Assembly (NCBI GenBank): GCA_963747695.1
Contig: CAVVFV010000010.1
Location: forward strand, 389,618 to 453,617
Length of the DNA stretch: 64,000 nt
Direction: 5' to 3'
Source: Candidatus Falkowbacteria bacterium
Lineage (GTDB): Bacteria; Patescibacteriota; Patescibacteriia; Patescibacteriales; WJLG01
Below, piece after piece: positions 9,537 through 18,459 of this stretch (its first letter is position 1; every line of letters starts with the position of its first letter). Under the pieces are notes generated by a model. That model was given only the letters and a program-made list of their open reading frames with translations. It was not told where the DNA came from and did not search any database. Made by a program: the position numbers and the translations under genes.

Positions 9537-10094
9537 ATGCGTCATCACTGGCAGAGATTCAAACCAAAAGAGGAAGTAAAGGAATACGTGGCCAACGATA
9601 AAATCCGGGTCCCGGAAGTTTTTTTGATTAACGATGAAGGCGTCAGTGTCGGACGGATATCGACCGCCGAAGCTTTGAAGATGGCCGCTGACGCTGATCT
9701 GGATCTGGCGATTATGAACCCCAAAGCCGAGCCGCCGGTAGCCAAGATGGTCAATCTGGGCCAATTGAAGTATGAGTCGGAAAAAAAGGCGCACCGGCAG
9801 AAAGTGGCGCAAAAGAAGATCGACACCAAGGAAATCCGTTTATCAGTGCGGATTGGCGAACACGATTTTAATTTCCGTCTGAATCAAGCGATTGATTTTT
9901 TAAAGGAGGGCGACAAGATTAAGCTGGAAGTGGTTTTAAAGGGGCGCGAAAGACAGCATCCGGCCAAGGCGGAAGAGGTGATTTATAAATTCATTGATTT
10001 ATTAAAGGCCGCCCCCGGGATTAATGCCGCCGTCGAACAGAACTTGACAAGAATGGGCGGAAGGTATAATCTTGTGATAATGAATAAAAAGTAA
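9537..10094 (+). CDS. infC: translation initiation factor IF-3
   Basis: 185 aa: ...NDKIRVPEVFLINDEGVSVG...IRLSVRIGEHDFNFRLNQAIDFLKEGDKIKLEVVLKGRE. The start codon is uncertain because infC often uses non-ATG starts. Confidence 0.9.
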   Translation: MRHHWQRFKPKEEVKEYVANDKIRVPEVFLINDEGVSVGRISTAEALKMAADADLDLAIMNPKAEPPVAKMVNLGQLKYESEKKAHRQKVAQKKIDTKEIRLSVRIGEHDFNFRLNQAIDFLKEGDKIKLEVVLKGRERQHPAKAEEVIYKFIDLLKAAPGINAAVEQNLTRMGGRYNLVIMNKK

Positions 10095-10103
10095 TCGCCT
10101 ATT

Positions 10104-10125
10104 TCAGGCTTGCCGCCTGATTTTT
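10104..10125 (+). terminator. intrinsic terminator/attenuator hairpin after infC
   Basis: TCAGGC-ttgcc-GCCTGA followed by TTTTT. Confidence 0.55.
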
Positions 10126-10154
10126 GTATTCAGCAAAAAAATAATAAAAATATA

Positions 10155-10211
10155 CCGATTATTCGCGTTATTTGCGGCATTCGCGCTCATTCGCGGATTC
10201 GCATCATATAT
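10155..10211. repeat. ATTCGC/CGAATA palindrome family, half-copy (infC|rpmI spacer)
   Basis: ATTCGCGttATTTGCGgcATTCGCGctcATTCGCGgATTCGCATCATATAT, ending at the rpmI ATG. Confidence 0.7.
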
Positions 10212-10409
10212 ATGCCGAAAATTAAGACTCATAAAGCCACTGCGAAAAGATATTTCATCACCAAAAAAGGATCGGTAAAGAAGCGCAAGGCCGGCCAGGA
10301 CCATTTTAATGCCAAAGAAACAGGCAATATGGGCCGGAACAAGCGCCGTGATGTTAAAATCCATAAAACCGAAACTCGGAATATTCAGAGTTTCATCCCT
10401 TATAATTAA
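10212..10409 (+). CDS. rpmI: 50S ribosomal protein L35
   Basis: MPKIKTHKATAKRYFITKKGSVKKRKAGQDH... The tracked ORF (10110) over-extends through the upstream repeat. Confidence 0.92.
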   Translation: MPKIKTHKATAKRYFITKKGSVKKRKAGQDHFNAKETGNMGRNKRRDVKIHKTETRNIQSFIPYN

Positions 10410-10414
10410 ATCAT

Positions 10415-10762
10415 ATGTCCAGAGTAAAAAGAGGAACCACTCACGTTAAAAAGAGAAGAAAGCTTTTCCGAAAAGCCAAAGGCTTCAAATGGAATCGTAA
10501 AAATACCATCCGGACCGGCGCTACCGCCGTCGTCAAGGCCGGCGTGCATGCTTTTACCGACCGCCGCCGCAAAAAAAGAGTCAATCGCGCGCTTTGGCAG
10601 ATCAAGATCAGTGTGGCCGCCAAAGAATCGGGAATGTCTTATTCCAAATTTATCGGCGCTCTTCATGCCAATAAAATAGATTTGGACAGAAAAGTTTTAG
10701 CCGATCTGGCCGAACACAACCCGGAAATTTTCCAAAAGATTATCGAAGCGGTCAAGAAATAA
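10415..10762 (+). CDS. rplT: 50S ribosomal protein L20
   Basis: MSRVKRGTTHVKKRRKLFRKAKGF..., in the classic infC-rpmI-rplT order. Confidence 0.95.
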   Translation: MSRVKRGTTHVKKRRKLFRKAKGFKWNRKNTIRTGATAVVKAGVHAFTDRRRKKRVNRALWQIKISVAAKESGMSYSKFIGALHANKIDLDRKVLADLAEHNPEIFQKIIEAVKK

Positions 10763-10767
10763 TTCCG

Positions 10768-11019
10768 TTGAAAATATTTTCTGAAGGTTTTTTGTCTATA
10801 ATTATGTTTTTATTAAAGATACTCCAACTCGTCGTTGCCGTTTTGCTGATGCTGGCCATTTTATTGCAAAATAAAGGGGCGTCGCTTTCAGGCATCTTCG
10901 GCGGCTCAGGCAATGTTTATCTCTCCAAGCGAGGTTTTGATAAAGTTCTCTTTTACGGCTCGATTGTCTTAGCCGTCATTTTTTTCGCGGTCTCTCTAAT
11001 TATATTTTTTCTTTTGTAA
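10768..11019 (+). CDS. secG: preprotein translocase subunit SecG
   Basis: Small two-TM protein with LLQNKGASLSGIFGGSG. The TTG at 10768 or the ATG at 10804 may be the start. Confidence 0.75.
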   Translation: MKIFSEGFLSIIMFLLKILQLVVAVLLMLAILLQNKGASLSGIFGGSGNVYLSKRGFDKVLFYGSIVLAVIFFAVSLIIFFLL

Positions 11020-11033
11020 TCTTACCTCTCAAC

Positions 11034-11137
11034 ATAATCCGAACCCACGAAATATCCAAATACCACGAACGTTTTACGAATTTTTTCGGTTTGTGGAGTT
11101 CGTTGTATTCGGGCACAATTCGTAGTATTCGGATTAT
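11034..11137. repeat. ATTCGC/CGAATA palindrome family copy (secG|SBP spacer)
   Basis: Outer arms ATAATCCGAACCCACGAAAT... and ...ATTCGTAGTATTCGGATTAT. Confidence 0.8.
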
Positions 11138-11160
11138 ATATTGACCCCGATTTTTAAATT

Positions 11161-13161
11161 ATGGATTTATTCAAGAGTAAAATTTTACCGTTTTTTTCCA
11201 GAGCAAGAAAATTTTTGGTCGGCTTTTTTTCATTCGTCGGCAAGTTTTTTGGCCCGCGAGCGCCGAAGCTTAGCGCCGATAATGCCAAGTTGGATAAGAA
11301 GCTGGTCTATTCTTTGTCGAAGTCAAAGTTTCCTAATTTCCGCCAGCTAAAGCATTTGGGCAAGACGCTCGGCAAGCGGGAAGTGTGGCTGATTAATTTT
11401 TTAATTTTTTTCATCATTTTGAATTTAGGCTGGCTGGGGTTTAATGCGGCGCAAAAACATTTGCGCATCGTGCCGGTTTCGGGCGGCCAATATACTGAAG
11501 GTTTGATCGGCTCGCCGGTGCATATCAACCCTCTCTATGCAACGCTCTCCGACGCGGACAATGACATTGCCCATTTAGTCTATTCATCTCTCTTTAAATA
11601 TGACGTCAACGGTCAGTTGGAAAACGATTTGGCGGACAGTTATCAGATCAGCCCGGACGGCAAAACGTATACGATAAAATTGAGAAGCGACGCCCGCTGG
11701 CAGAATGGCGAGAAAGTTACCGCCGATGACGTTATTTTTACTTTCGAGGACATTACCAACCCGGCGTATAATTCGCCCTTGCGTTTCGGTTTCAACGGCG
11801 TGGACGCCAACAAACTGGATGACCAGACGGTGGTTTTCACCCTGTCGGAAAATTATGCGCCCTTTTTAGGTCTATTGACCTTTGGCATTTTGCCGCAGTC
11901 GGTTTGGGGCGATGTCGCGCCCGAATCTGCGCCGGTGGCCGAGCCGAACTTGAAGCCGGTCGGTTCCGGACCTTATCAATTCAAATCATTAGTCAAAGAT
12001 AAAAGCGGAAATATCAAGAGTTATACCTTGACGGTCAATAAGGATTATTACGGCAAGAAACCTTATTTGAAGGAGATTATTTTTAAATTTTATCCGGACT
12101 CCACCGAAGCCCTCGGCGCTTTGAACGATAACAGCGTCGACGGGCTGAGCTATCTGGCCAATTCCGATCGGGAAAATCTAATCGCCAAGAATTCCTGGAA
12201 TTTTTTTCAGCTTGATTTGCCGCAACTCAAAGCGATTTTTTTCAATCAGAGCAAGAATCCTCTTTTGAAAGACGTCAAAGTCCGGCAAGCATTGTCTTAT
12301 GCCACGCCGAAGCAGCAGATCATCGACCAAGCGGAAGGCGGCGCTGCCAGAATCGCCGACGGGCCGATCCTGGATAATAATTACGCCTATAATCCGAACA
12401 TTCAAAAATATGATTTTGATCCGGCGAAAGCCGCTTCCGTCTTGGACGCCGCGGGCTGGAAAAAAGATGTGGTAACCGACGAGCTGATTGCCGCCTTGAA
12501 TGCCAAAAATGCCACGACGACTAAAAACGTTTTGACCGATATTGAAAAAACCGAGCTGGCGCTGGGTACCGGCACCTGGCTTTATCAAGAGCCGGCTCCG
12601 GCCAAAACCGGCACGGCAAAAACGACGACTCCGGCAGTCCGGAATTATTTGATTATCAATCTGACGATCGTCGATGACCAAGAAAGCGGCCAGATCGCCG
12701 GGATCATCAAAGATAGTTGGGCAAAGATCGGCGTCAAAGTCGCCATCACTCCGATTCCGGTCAAGGAAATTCAGTCTAGCGCGGTCAAGCCGAAAAATTA
12801 TGAAGCATTGCTATTTAGTGAACAAGTCGGCAATGATCCGGATGTTTATGTTTTTTGGGATTCGACTCAAGCCGGTACCGATGGCCTAAACCTATCCAAT
12901 TATAAGAATGAGGATGCCGACAAAGCTTTGGAGGACGGCCGCACCAGTCTGGACCAGAATCAGCGCATCGCCGATTATCAGCAATTCCAGACTCTGTTGA
13001 CCAATGACGCGCCGGCGGTTTTTCTTTTTTCGCCTTATTATACTTACGTGCAAAATAAAAAGATCAAAGGCTTCGCGGTCAAGAGCATCTCCTCGCCATC
13101 CGACCGCTTTTCTGACATTGCCAATTGGTATGTGAAAACGGGAGAAAGGTTGGAATGGTAA
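11161..13161 (+). CDS. ABC transporter substrate-binding protein, peptide/nickel (family 5, OppA/DppA-like), membrane-anchored
   Basis: 666 aa with an N-terminal TM helix, then SBP_bac_5-like sequence (...YTIKLRSDARWQNGEKVTADDVIFTFE...). Confidence 0.75.
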   Translation: MDLFKSKILPFFSRARKFLVGFFSFVGKFFGPRAPKLSADNAKLDKKLVYSLSKSKFPNFRQLKHLGKTLGKREVWLINFLIFFIILNLGWLGFNAAQKHLRIVPVSGGQYTEGLIGSPVHINPLYATLSDADNDIAHLVYSSLFKYDVNGQLENDLADSYQISPDGKTYTIKLRSDARWQNGEKVTADDVIFTFEDITNPAYNSPLRFGFNGVDANKLDDQTVVFTLSENYAPFLGLLTFGILPQSVWGDVAPESAPVAEPNLKPVGSGPYQFKSLVKDKSGNIKSYTLTVNKDYYGKKPYLKEIIFKFYPDSTEALGALNDNSVDGLSYLANSDRENLIAKNSWNFFQLDLPQLKAIFFNQSKNPLLKDVKVRQALSYATPKQQIIDQAEGGAARIADGPILDNNYAYNPNIQKYDFDPAKAASVLDAAGWKKDVVTDELIAALNAKNATTTKNVLTDIEKTELALGTGTWLYQEPAPAKTGTAKTTTPAVRNYLIINLTIVDDQESGQIAGIIKDSWAKIGVKVAITPIPVKEIQSSAVKPKNYEALLFSEQVGNDPDVYVFWDSTQAGTDGLNLSNYKNEDADKALEDGRTSLDQNQRIADYQQFQTLLTNDAPAVFLFSPYYTYVQNKKIKGFAVKSISSPSDRFSDIANWYVKTGERLEW

Positions 13162-13162
13162 G

Positions 13163-13203
13163 TTTGTTAGTCAATTAGTTGATTAGGTACTTAGTTGTTG
13201 TGC
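13163..13203. repeat. TTAGT/ATTAGG heptamer-periodic repeat (after SBP gene)
   Basis: TTTGTTAGTCAATTAGTTGATTAGGTACTTAGTTGTTG. Same word family as 39377-39408 and 39989-40085. Confidence 0.55.
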
Positions 13204-13369
13204 TTTCCAGTTTTTTGTCGTCCCGAGCGCCTCGCGAGGGATCTATATTGCAAAAACCAGGGATTTCTTCATTCAAAATTTTGCACGGCTTCCCTGTCCC
13301 GCCAGAGGCGGTGATACGCTGCGTGATCACGGAAATTTTCCAAGGCGCGCTATAAGGAAATTAATTGAT

Positions 13370-13789
13370 ATGGAATATACGATTAAACCGGCTACAATTA
13401 AGGATTTCGATAACACACTTAATTGCGAATGGACATTTAGCAAGGACGGAGAGGAATACTTTAAAGAACATCTTACTAATGAAAATTATTGTGTCTTTTT
13501 GGCTTATTGTGACAACCAGATTGTTGGTTATTTAGCCGGGGGTCTCGCAAAAAAAGGGTCGAAGAGAATAATTAATAATTTAGCCGAACTGGGGAATATG
13601 ATGGTGCTAGAAGAATTCAGAACTAAAGGAATTGGCGCAAAGCTTTATCAGGCTTTTTTAGAGTGGTGCAAATTAAAGGGGGTTGGCAGGTTGCGCGTAG
13701 TTGCTTCGGCGCAAAATTTGCGCGGTATAAATTTTTACAGGAAAAACGGTTTTACCGACTATGACTTGATTTTAGAAAAGAATATATAA
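13370..13789 (+). CDS. GNAT-family N-acetyltransferase
   Basis: 139 aa with an acetyl-CoA motif (...FRTKGIGAKLYQAF...). The gene is locally AT-rich. Confidence 0.75.
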   Translation: MEYTIKPATIKDFDNTLNCEWTFSKDGEEYFKEHLTNENYCVFLAYCDNQIVGYLAGGLAKKGSKRIINNLAELGNMMVLEEFRTKGIGAKLYQAFLEWCKLKGVGRLRVVASAQNLRGINFYRKNGFTDYDLILEKNI

Positions 13790-13795
13790 CTTGGC

Positions 13796-13823
13796 GGCAG
13801 AGTCCGCTTCGCGAGACTCTGCC
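13796..13823. repeat. GCAG(C)AGTC-CGCTnnCGCGA-GACT hairpin family copy (after GNAT gene)
   Basis: GGCAGAGTCcgcttcgcgaGACTCTGCC. Loop and stem resemble 33937-33966. Confidence 0.55.
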
Positions 13824-13850
13824 GGAGCCAAATTTCCCAAAAAATTAATT

Positions 13851-13876
13851 AACAATATAGCAATATAACAATATTA
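13851..13876. repeat. short tandem octamer array upstream of rnj
   Basis: AACAATAT AGCAATAT AACAATAT. Confidence 0.5.
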
Positions 13877-13937
13877 ATCTAAGCAATCTAATAAATATTT
13901 GAACTCTAAAAATATTTACTCTCTTTGCTTCTAATTT

Positions 13938-15764
13938 ATGAACAACAAGTACAAACCAAGAACTTCGCGTCCGCGGCCGTCCGGCCCGGAGGGAGATCGG
14001 AAGAAGTTTTTCACTTCTTTTAACGGGCCGCGTCCGGGTCCGGCGGCGATGAAACCGCCGACGGAAAAAATAATCGAGAGCGCTGATGGAAAACTCCGCG
14101 TCATCGTTTTGGGCGGACTCGAAGAAGTCGGACGCAATATGACGCTGATTGAATATGAACGAGAGATCATTATCATCGACATGGGCCTCCAATTTCCCGA
14201 AGAGGACATGCCGGGCATCGATTACATCATTCCCAACATCACTTATCTCAAGGACAAGGCCGAATGGATCAAGGGCGTGATCATTACCCACGGCCATTAC
14301 GACCATATCGGCGGTATCCAGCACATCATGGGCGAGATCGGCAATCCGCCGATTTTCATGGGCAAACTTACGGCCGCTTTGGTAAAGAAAAAATGCTCGG
14401 AATATAAAAGCTGTCCTCAGCTTCACGATTCGCTGATCGACGAGAATACCGTGTTGCGGCTGGGCCGCTCATTCCGCGTCGGATTTTTGCGCGTTAATCA
14501 TTCCATTCCGGATTGCTTTGCGGTGATCGTCGACACTCCGGTCGGCCGCATTATCCACACTGGAGATTTTAAAGTTGATTATTCTCCCGTCAATGACAAG
14601 CCGGCGGATCTGCAGCGGATCGCCCAAATCGGCTCGGAAGGAGTGTTGCTTCTGATGTCCGATTCCACTGACTCGACTCATCCTGGCTACCAGATTTCCG
14701 AATCGGCGATCGGCACGGAGATGGACAAGATCTTTGAAAAGATCCAGGGCCGCATTATCATCGGCACTTTCGCTTCGCAATTGGCCCGCGTCCAAAAATT
14801 ATTCGACTTGGCGGAAAAGCACGGCCGGCGCATCTATCTGCAAGGCCGGAGTATGAACGATAATGTCGAGATCGCCCACCAGATCGGCTATATGAAATTC
14901 AATCCGCGCATTTTGGTGACCGACAATGAATTGAGCCGCTTGCCCGATAACAAAGTGATGATCATCGGTACCGGCGCCCAGGGCGAATCCAACGCCTTCT
15001 TGGCGCGCGTCGTTTCGCATGAGCACAAGACGATCGAATTGAAAGAGGGCGATACGGTGATTTTTTCCTCTTCGGTTATTCCCGGCAACGAACGGACAAT
15101 CCAGAGTTTGATGGACATGATCACCCGCCAGGGAGCAGACGTCATTAATTATGAGATGATGGACGTCCATGCCGGCGGCCATGCCAAACAGGAAGATTTG
15201 AAACTGATGATGCGCTTACTGAAGCCGGAATATATCATGCCGATCGAAGGCAATCATTATATGTTGAAAGCCGAGGGGGCGCTGGCGGAAAAAGTCGGCA
15301 TTCCCAAGGAAAAAATATTCATTGCTGATAACGGCCAGGTGGCCGAGTTCAGTAAGAATGCGGCGGGAATTACCGTCGGCCGCCTGACCCGTGAAAAAGT
15401 GATGACTGATTATGTGATGGTCGATGGTTTGGGCGTCGGCGACGTTTCCAATATCGTCCTGCGCGATCGGCGGGTGATGGCCGAAGACGGGATGATCGTC
15501 ATTATCGCGACGATCGATTCCGAGCACGGCAAGACGATCGGCAACCCGGATATTATTTCCCGCGGCTTCGTCTATATGAAGGACAGCCGCGAACTGATTG
15601 AAGCGACCCGGATGAAGGTTAAAAAATTGGTAGAGTCGCATGATTCGCGCACTTCCGCCGATGTCGATCATATCAAGAACCGCATCCGCGACGAGGTCGG
15701 CCAATTCTTATTCAGTAAAACTAAGCGCCGCCCGATGGTCTTACCAGTAGTTATAAAAGTATAA
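13938..15764 (+). CDS. rnj: ribonuclease J (beta-CASP metallo-beta-lactamase RNase)
   Basis: 608 aa with VIVLGGLEEVGRNMTLIEY and ITHGHYDHIGG, followed by beta-CASP and C-terminal domains. Confidence 0.9.
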   Translation: MNNKYKPRTSRPRPSGPEGDRKKFFTSFNGPRPGPAAMKPPTEKIIESADGKLRVIVLGGLEEVGRNMTLIEYEREIIIIDMGLQFPEEDMPGIDYIIPNITYLKDKAEWIKGVIITHGHYDHIGGIQHIMGEIGNPPIFMGKLTAALVKKKCSEYKSCPQLHDSLIDENTVLRLGRSFRVGFLRVNHSIPDCFAVIVDTPVGRIIHTGDFKVDYSPVNDKPADLQRIAQIGSEGVLLLMSDSTDSTHPGYQISESAIGTEMDKIFEKIQGRIIIGTFASQLARVQKLFDLAEKHGRRIYLQGRSMNDNVEIAHQIGYMKFNPRILVTDNELSRLPDNKVMIIGTGAQGESNAFLARVVSHEHKTIELKEGDTVIFSSSVIPGNERTIQSLMDMITRQGADVINYEMMDVHAGGHAKQEDLKLMMRLLKPEYIMPIEGNHYMLKAEGALAEKVGIPKEKIFIADNGQVAEFSKNAAGITVGRLTREKVMTDYVMVDGLGVGDVSNIVLRDRRVMAEDGMIVIIATIDSEHGKTIGNPDIISRGFVYMKDSRELIEATRMKVKKLVESHDSRTSADVDHIKNRIRDEVGQFLFSKTKRRPMVLPVVIKV

Positions 15765-15769
15765 AAAAA

Positions 15770-15802
15770 ACAAAAAACCGCCCCGCCGGGGACGGTTTTT
15801 TT
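15770..15802. terminator. bidirectional intrinsic terminator between convergent rnj and trpB2
   Basis: GC-rich hairpin CCGCCCC-gcc-GGGGaCGG flanked by an A-run upstream and a T-run downstream. Confidence 0.7.
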
Positions 15803-15827
15803 GTTGGCGAATTTAGCGGAATGATTG

Positions 15828-17120
15828 TTATCCCATGTCACCAGTCAGATATTTTTCATATCCCGCCATATCGAAATGGCCATGGCCGCTCAAATTGAAG
15901 AGGATGGTTTTGGCCTCACCAGTTTCGCGGCATTTGATTGCTTCATCGATCGCGGCTTTGATGGCATGGGCGGATTCCGGAGCCGGGATGATTCCCTGGT
16001 TCTTGGCGAAAAGAATGGCGGCGGCGAAAACTTCATTTTGTTCGTAAGCCCGCGCCTCGATGATTTTTTTATGAAGCAAGTGGCTGACCAGCGGCGCGGC
16101 GCCGTGATAGCGCAAGCCGCCGGCATGGATCGGATCGGGCATAAAGTCCTTACCCAGCGTATACATCTTCATCAATGGCGTCAGACCGACCGCGTCGCCG
16201 AAATCATATTCGTATTTTCCTTCGGTAAGCGACGGGCAAGATTTCGGCTCGACGGCGATGGCGCGCAATTTTTTTCCCAAGGTCAGCTTGTCAGCCAGGA
16301 AAGGGAAAGCGATGCCGGCAAAATTACTGCCGCCGCCATGGCAGCCGATGACGATATCGGGATAATCGCCGGCGAGCGCCATTTGTTTTTTGGCTTCCTG
16401 ACCGATGATCGTCTGATGCAAGAGGACGTGGTTCAAAACCGAGCCGAGCGCGTATTTATTGTGGGCGTAACTAGCCGCTTCTTCAACGGCTTCGGAGATC
16501 GCCATGCCCAGACTGCCGGTCGTCTCCGGATCGGCGGCTAAGAATTTCCGGCCGGCCGCGGTCCGGTTCGACGGGCTGGAAAAACATTTTCCGCCGTAAA
16601 TGTTCATCATGGTTTTGCGGTACGGTTTGGTCTCGAAACTGGTCCTGACCATATAGACTTCGCAATCCAGCCCGAAATAATTGCAGGCAAAACTCAAAGC
16701 CGATCCCCATTGGCCGGCGCCGGTTTCGGTGACTAATTTCTTAACGCCCTCGCGCTTGTTGTAATAAGCCTGGGCCAGAGCGGTATTCAATTTATGGCTG
16801 CCGACCGGGCTGGCTCCCTCGTATTTGTAATAGATCTTGGCTGGTGTTTTCAATTCTTTTTCAAGGCGACTAGCGCGGATCAACGGCGTCGGCCGATAAA
16901 GCAGATAAGCCTCGCGGACCGGAGCCGGTATTTCAATCTCCCGCTCCTGGCTCATTTCCTGCTCGATCAGCGCTTGGGGAAAGATCGGCGCCAGGTCGGC
17001 GGCCGCGACCGGTTTCTTGGTGCCGGGATGGAGCGGCGGCGGGGGCGGCTCGGGCAGATCGGGCATGATGTTGTAATAATGGGTGGGAATTTCTTTTTGG
17101 TCTAAATTATAGATTGGCAT
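15828..17120 (-). CDS. TrpB2-type tryptophan synthase beta-chain-like PLP enzyme (stand-alone)
   Basis: 430 aa with the N-terminal ...[22 protein letters not shown]... extension typical of TrpB2 and a PLP-lysine context GSHKLN. No trpA is adjacent. Confidence 0.85.
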   Translation of the reverse strand: MPIYNLDQKEIPTHYYNIMPDLPEPPPPPLHPGTKKPVAAADLAPIFPQALIEQEMSQEREIEIPAPVREAYLLYRPTPLIRASRLEKELKTPAKIYYKYEGASPVGSHKLNTALAQAYYNKREGVKKLVTETGAGQWGSALSFACNYFGLDCEVYMVRTSFETKPYRKTMMNIYGGKCFSSPSNRTAAGRKFLAADPETTGSLGMAISEAVEEAASYAHNKYALGSVLNHVLLHQTIIGQEAKKQMALAGDYPDIVIGCHGGGSNFAGIAFPFLADKLTLGKKLRAIAVEPKSCPSLTEGKYEYDFGDAVGLTPLMKMYTLGKDFMPDPIHAGGLRYHGAAPLVSHLLHKKIIEARAYEQNEVFAAAILFAKNQGIIPAPESAHAIKAAIDEAIKCRETGEAKTILFNLSGHGHFDMAGYEKYLTGDMG

Positions 17121-17207
17121 AAATCAATTGATTAAGTGAATAATAAAACTCGAGCGATAACTTCGCCAGAATTCCCGGCCGCGAGTTTTGAAATAAAATT
17201 TACTCAT

Positions 17208-17480
17208 AAAAATAAAACCTCCCATCCCTTCGTCCGAATTAAAAAATTCGGACAAAAGGACGGAAGGTTATTCCGCGGTGCCACCTTTGTTATCTGGAAG
17301 ATCGGCGTGGCGGATAAAAAAATAATCCGCCAGTGACGGATCTCGAAGATCTCTTTCACTGACTCAAGGCTCTGCCCGAGGCAGACGACATCAGTTATCC
17401 TTTGGTTACGGAGGAAGCCGGACCGCCACTAACGCAGCGATCTTCTCGAGTCTTAATGACTCAAAGCGCGCCCAACCCCC
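17208..17480 (-). promoter_or_regulatory. T-box riboswitch leader (tRNA-sensing antiterminator) upstream of trpB2
   Basis: The minus strand reads AAAGGUGGCACCGCGGAAUAACCUUCCGUCC (core at 17273-17285), matching the T-box consensus GGUGGNACCGCG...CGUCC. A long terminator hairpin (17218-17267) plus U-run (17208-17217) follows immediately, and its 5' half overlaps the T-box. Confidence 0.8.
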
Positions 17481-17536
17481 GGAAAAAATTCCCGAGGACG
17501 CGCCGAAAAGAATTTGTAATTGTTAAAGATGATTGA

Positions 17537-17565
17537 ATCATAGGCCGATCATCACGAATTGTCAA
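17537..17565 (-). promoter_or_regulatory. near-consensus sigma70 promoter driving the T-box leader
   Basis: Minus strand: TTGACA (17560-17565), 17-nt spacer, TATGAT (17537-17542). Confidence 0.65.
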
Positions 17566-17616
17566 GCCGATGATCGAGCCGACGATGAAAACTGATTTTT
17601 TCCCGACAGTTAAAGA

Positions 17617-17907
17617 TTATTCTTCCTCGGCTGTCTCTTCTTGCTCTTCGCCCTTTTCTTTCCGCGTCGCTTCTTCCTCATCGCTTAATTCCCGTTCTTC
17701 CACTTCGCCGTCTTCAACCTCGTTGTACATTTCCATCAACTCTTCGGTGAGCGCGTCCAGATCGTCTTCTTCGGAAAGCCGGCCGATCTCGTAATAATAT
17801 TCGATGCTTTCTTCGATAAAGTCGTGGAAAGCTTCCCGGCTGAAATTACCGGCTTCTCGCATTTTGGTTTTGGCTAGTTCTAAAATAAGTTGAGCTATTT
17901 CGTCCAT
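17617..17907 (-). CDS. hypothetical highly acidic protein
   Basis: 96 aa with a Glu/Asp-rich C-terminal half. It lies directly downstream of the receiver gene, with no obvious T-tract terminator between them. Confidence 0.5.
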   Translation of the reverse strand: MDEIAQLILELAKTKMREAGNFSREAFHDFIEESIEYYYEIGRLSEEDDLDALTEELMEMYNEVEDGEVEERELSDEEEATRKEKGEEQEETAEEE

Positions 17908-17974
17908 AGTTTTTGGCGATTAATTTTAATAAAATCATCGATCCGCCGGCGCCGGCCGGACAAGATCGAATATT

Positions 17975-18361
17975 CTAATCGACTTTGACGATTTTTTTGA
18001 CTTCATCCAAAAGCAAATCCTTGCCAAACGGTTTTTCCAGCACGCCCTTGACCATATGGGTTTCATTGAATTCTTCCAAAAGTTCGTGCAATTCCGGGGA
18101 GGTGACCGGCAAGGCTGAGATCAATAAGACCGGAATTTTTTTCATCCGATCATCCTCGCTCATCGCCTTGCAAACATCAAGACCGCTCATTCCCGACATC
18201 ATAAAATCGAGGATCAAGAGGTCGTAATCCGGGCTCTGTTCAATTTTCTCCATTCCTTCCCGCCCATTGTAAGCGAAATCGATCTCATCAGTCAACTCCG
18301 TCAAGAAGGCCTTGATAGTTGTGACGACGTTTGATTCATCGTCGATGATTATGATTTTCAT
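17975..18361 (-). CDS. single-domain response regulator (CheY-like receiver, no output domain)
   Basis: MKIIIIDDESN...DLLILDFMMSGMSGLDV...KPF. The ATG at 18361 is preferred over the tracked 18391. Confidence 0.85.
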   Translation of the reverse strand: MKIIIIDDESNVVTTIKAFLTELTDEIDFAYNGREGMEKIEQSPDYDLLILDFMMSGMSGLDVCKAMSEDDRMKKIPVLLISALPVTSPELHELLEEFNETHMVKGVLEKPFGKDLLLDEVKKIVKVD

Positions 18362-18459
18362 AAGGTTATAATTATAATTATTTCTCGGCAAAAATTTTAT
18401 TTTTTAAACTAGGCGCGAAGAGCGATTACTTTAAACCGCTGTCGGGAAAAAGGCGAAGA

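Noticed and set aside
10110-10211. N-terminal extensions of rpmI (10110), ssb (27230), rpsR (27832), the VirB2-like gene (42931), the PilX-like gene (51237) and the large pilin (53995) given in the ORF track
   Set aside because: The extensions translate intergenic repeat elements (for example ICGIRAHSRIRIIY and LRVTCYVLRVTCYV). They often start at TTG/GTG, and in each case a canonical ATG matches the homologue N-terminus. I shortened the CDSs accordingly.
13845-14426. 193-aa minus-strand ORF overlapping the rnj 5' region
   Set aside because: It lies antisense to RNase J. It starts inside the octamer repeat and is Arg/Phe-rich with no motif.
15825-16541. 238-aa + strand ORF (and 16794-17105) overlapping the trpB2 gene
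   Set aside because: It lies antisense to a well-supported PLP-enzyme CDS. The composition is Gly/Arg/Asp-rich and low-complexity, typical of shadow ORFs in GC-richer DNA. No motif is present.
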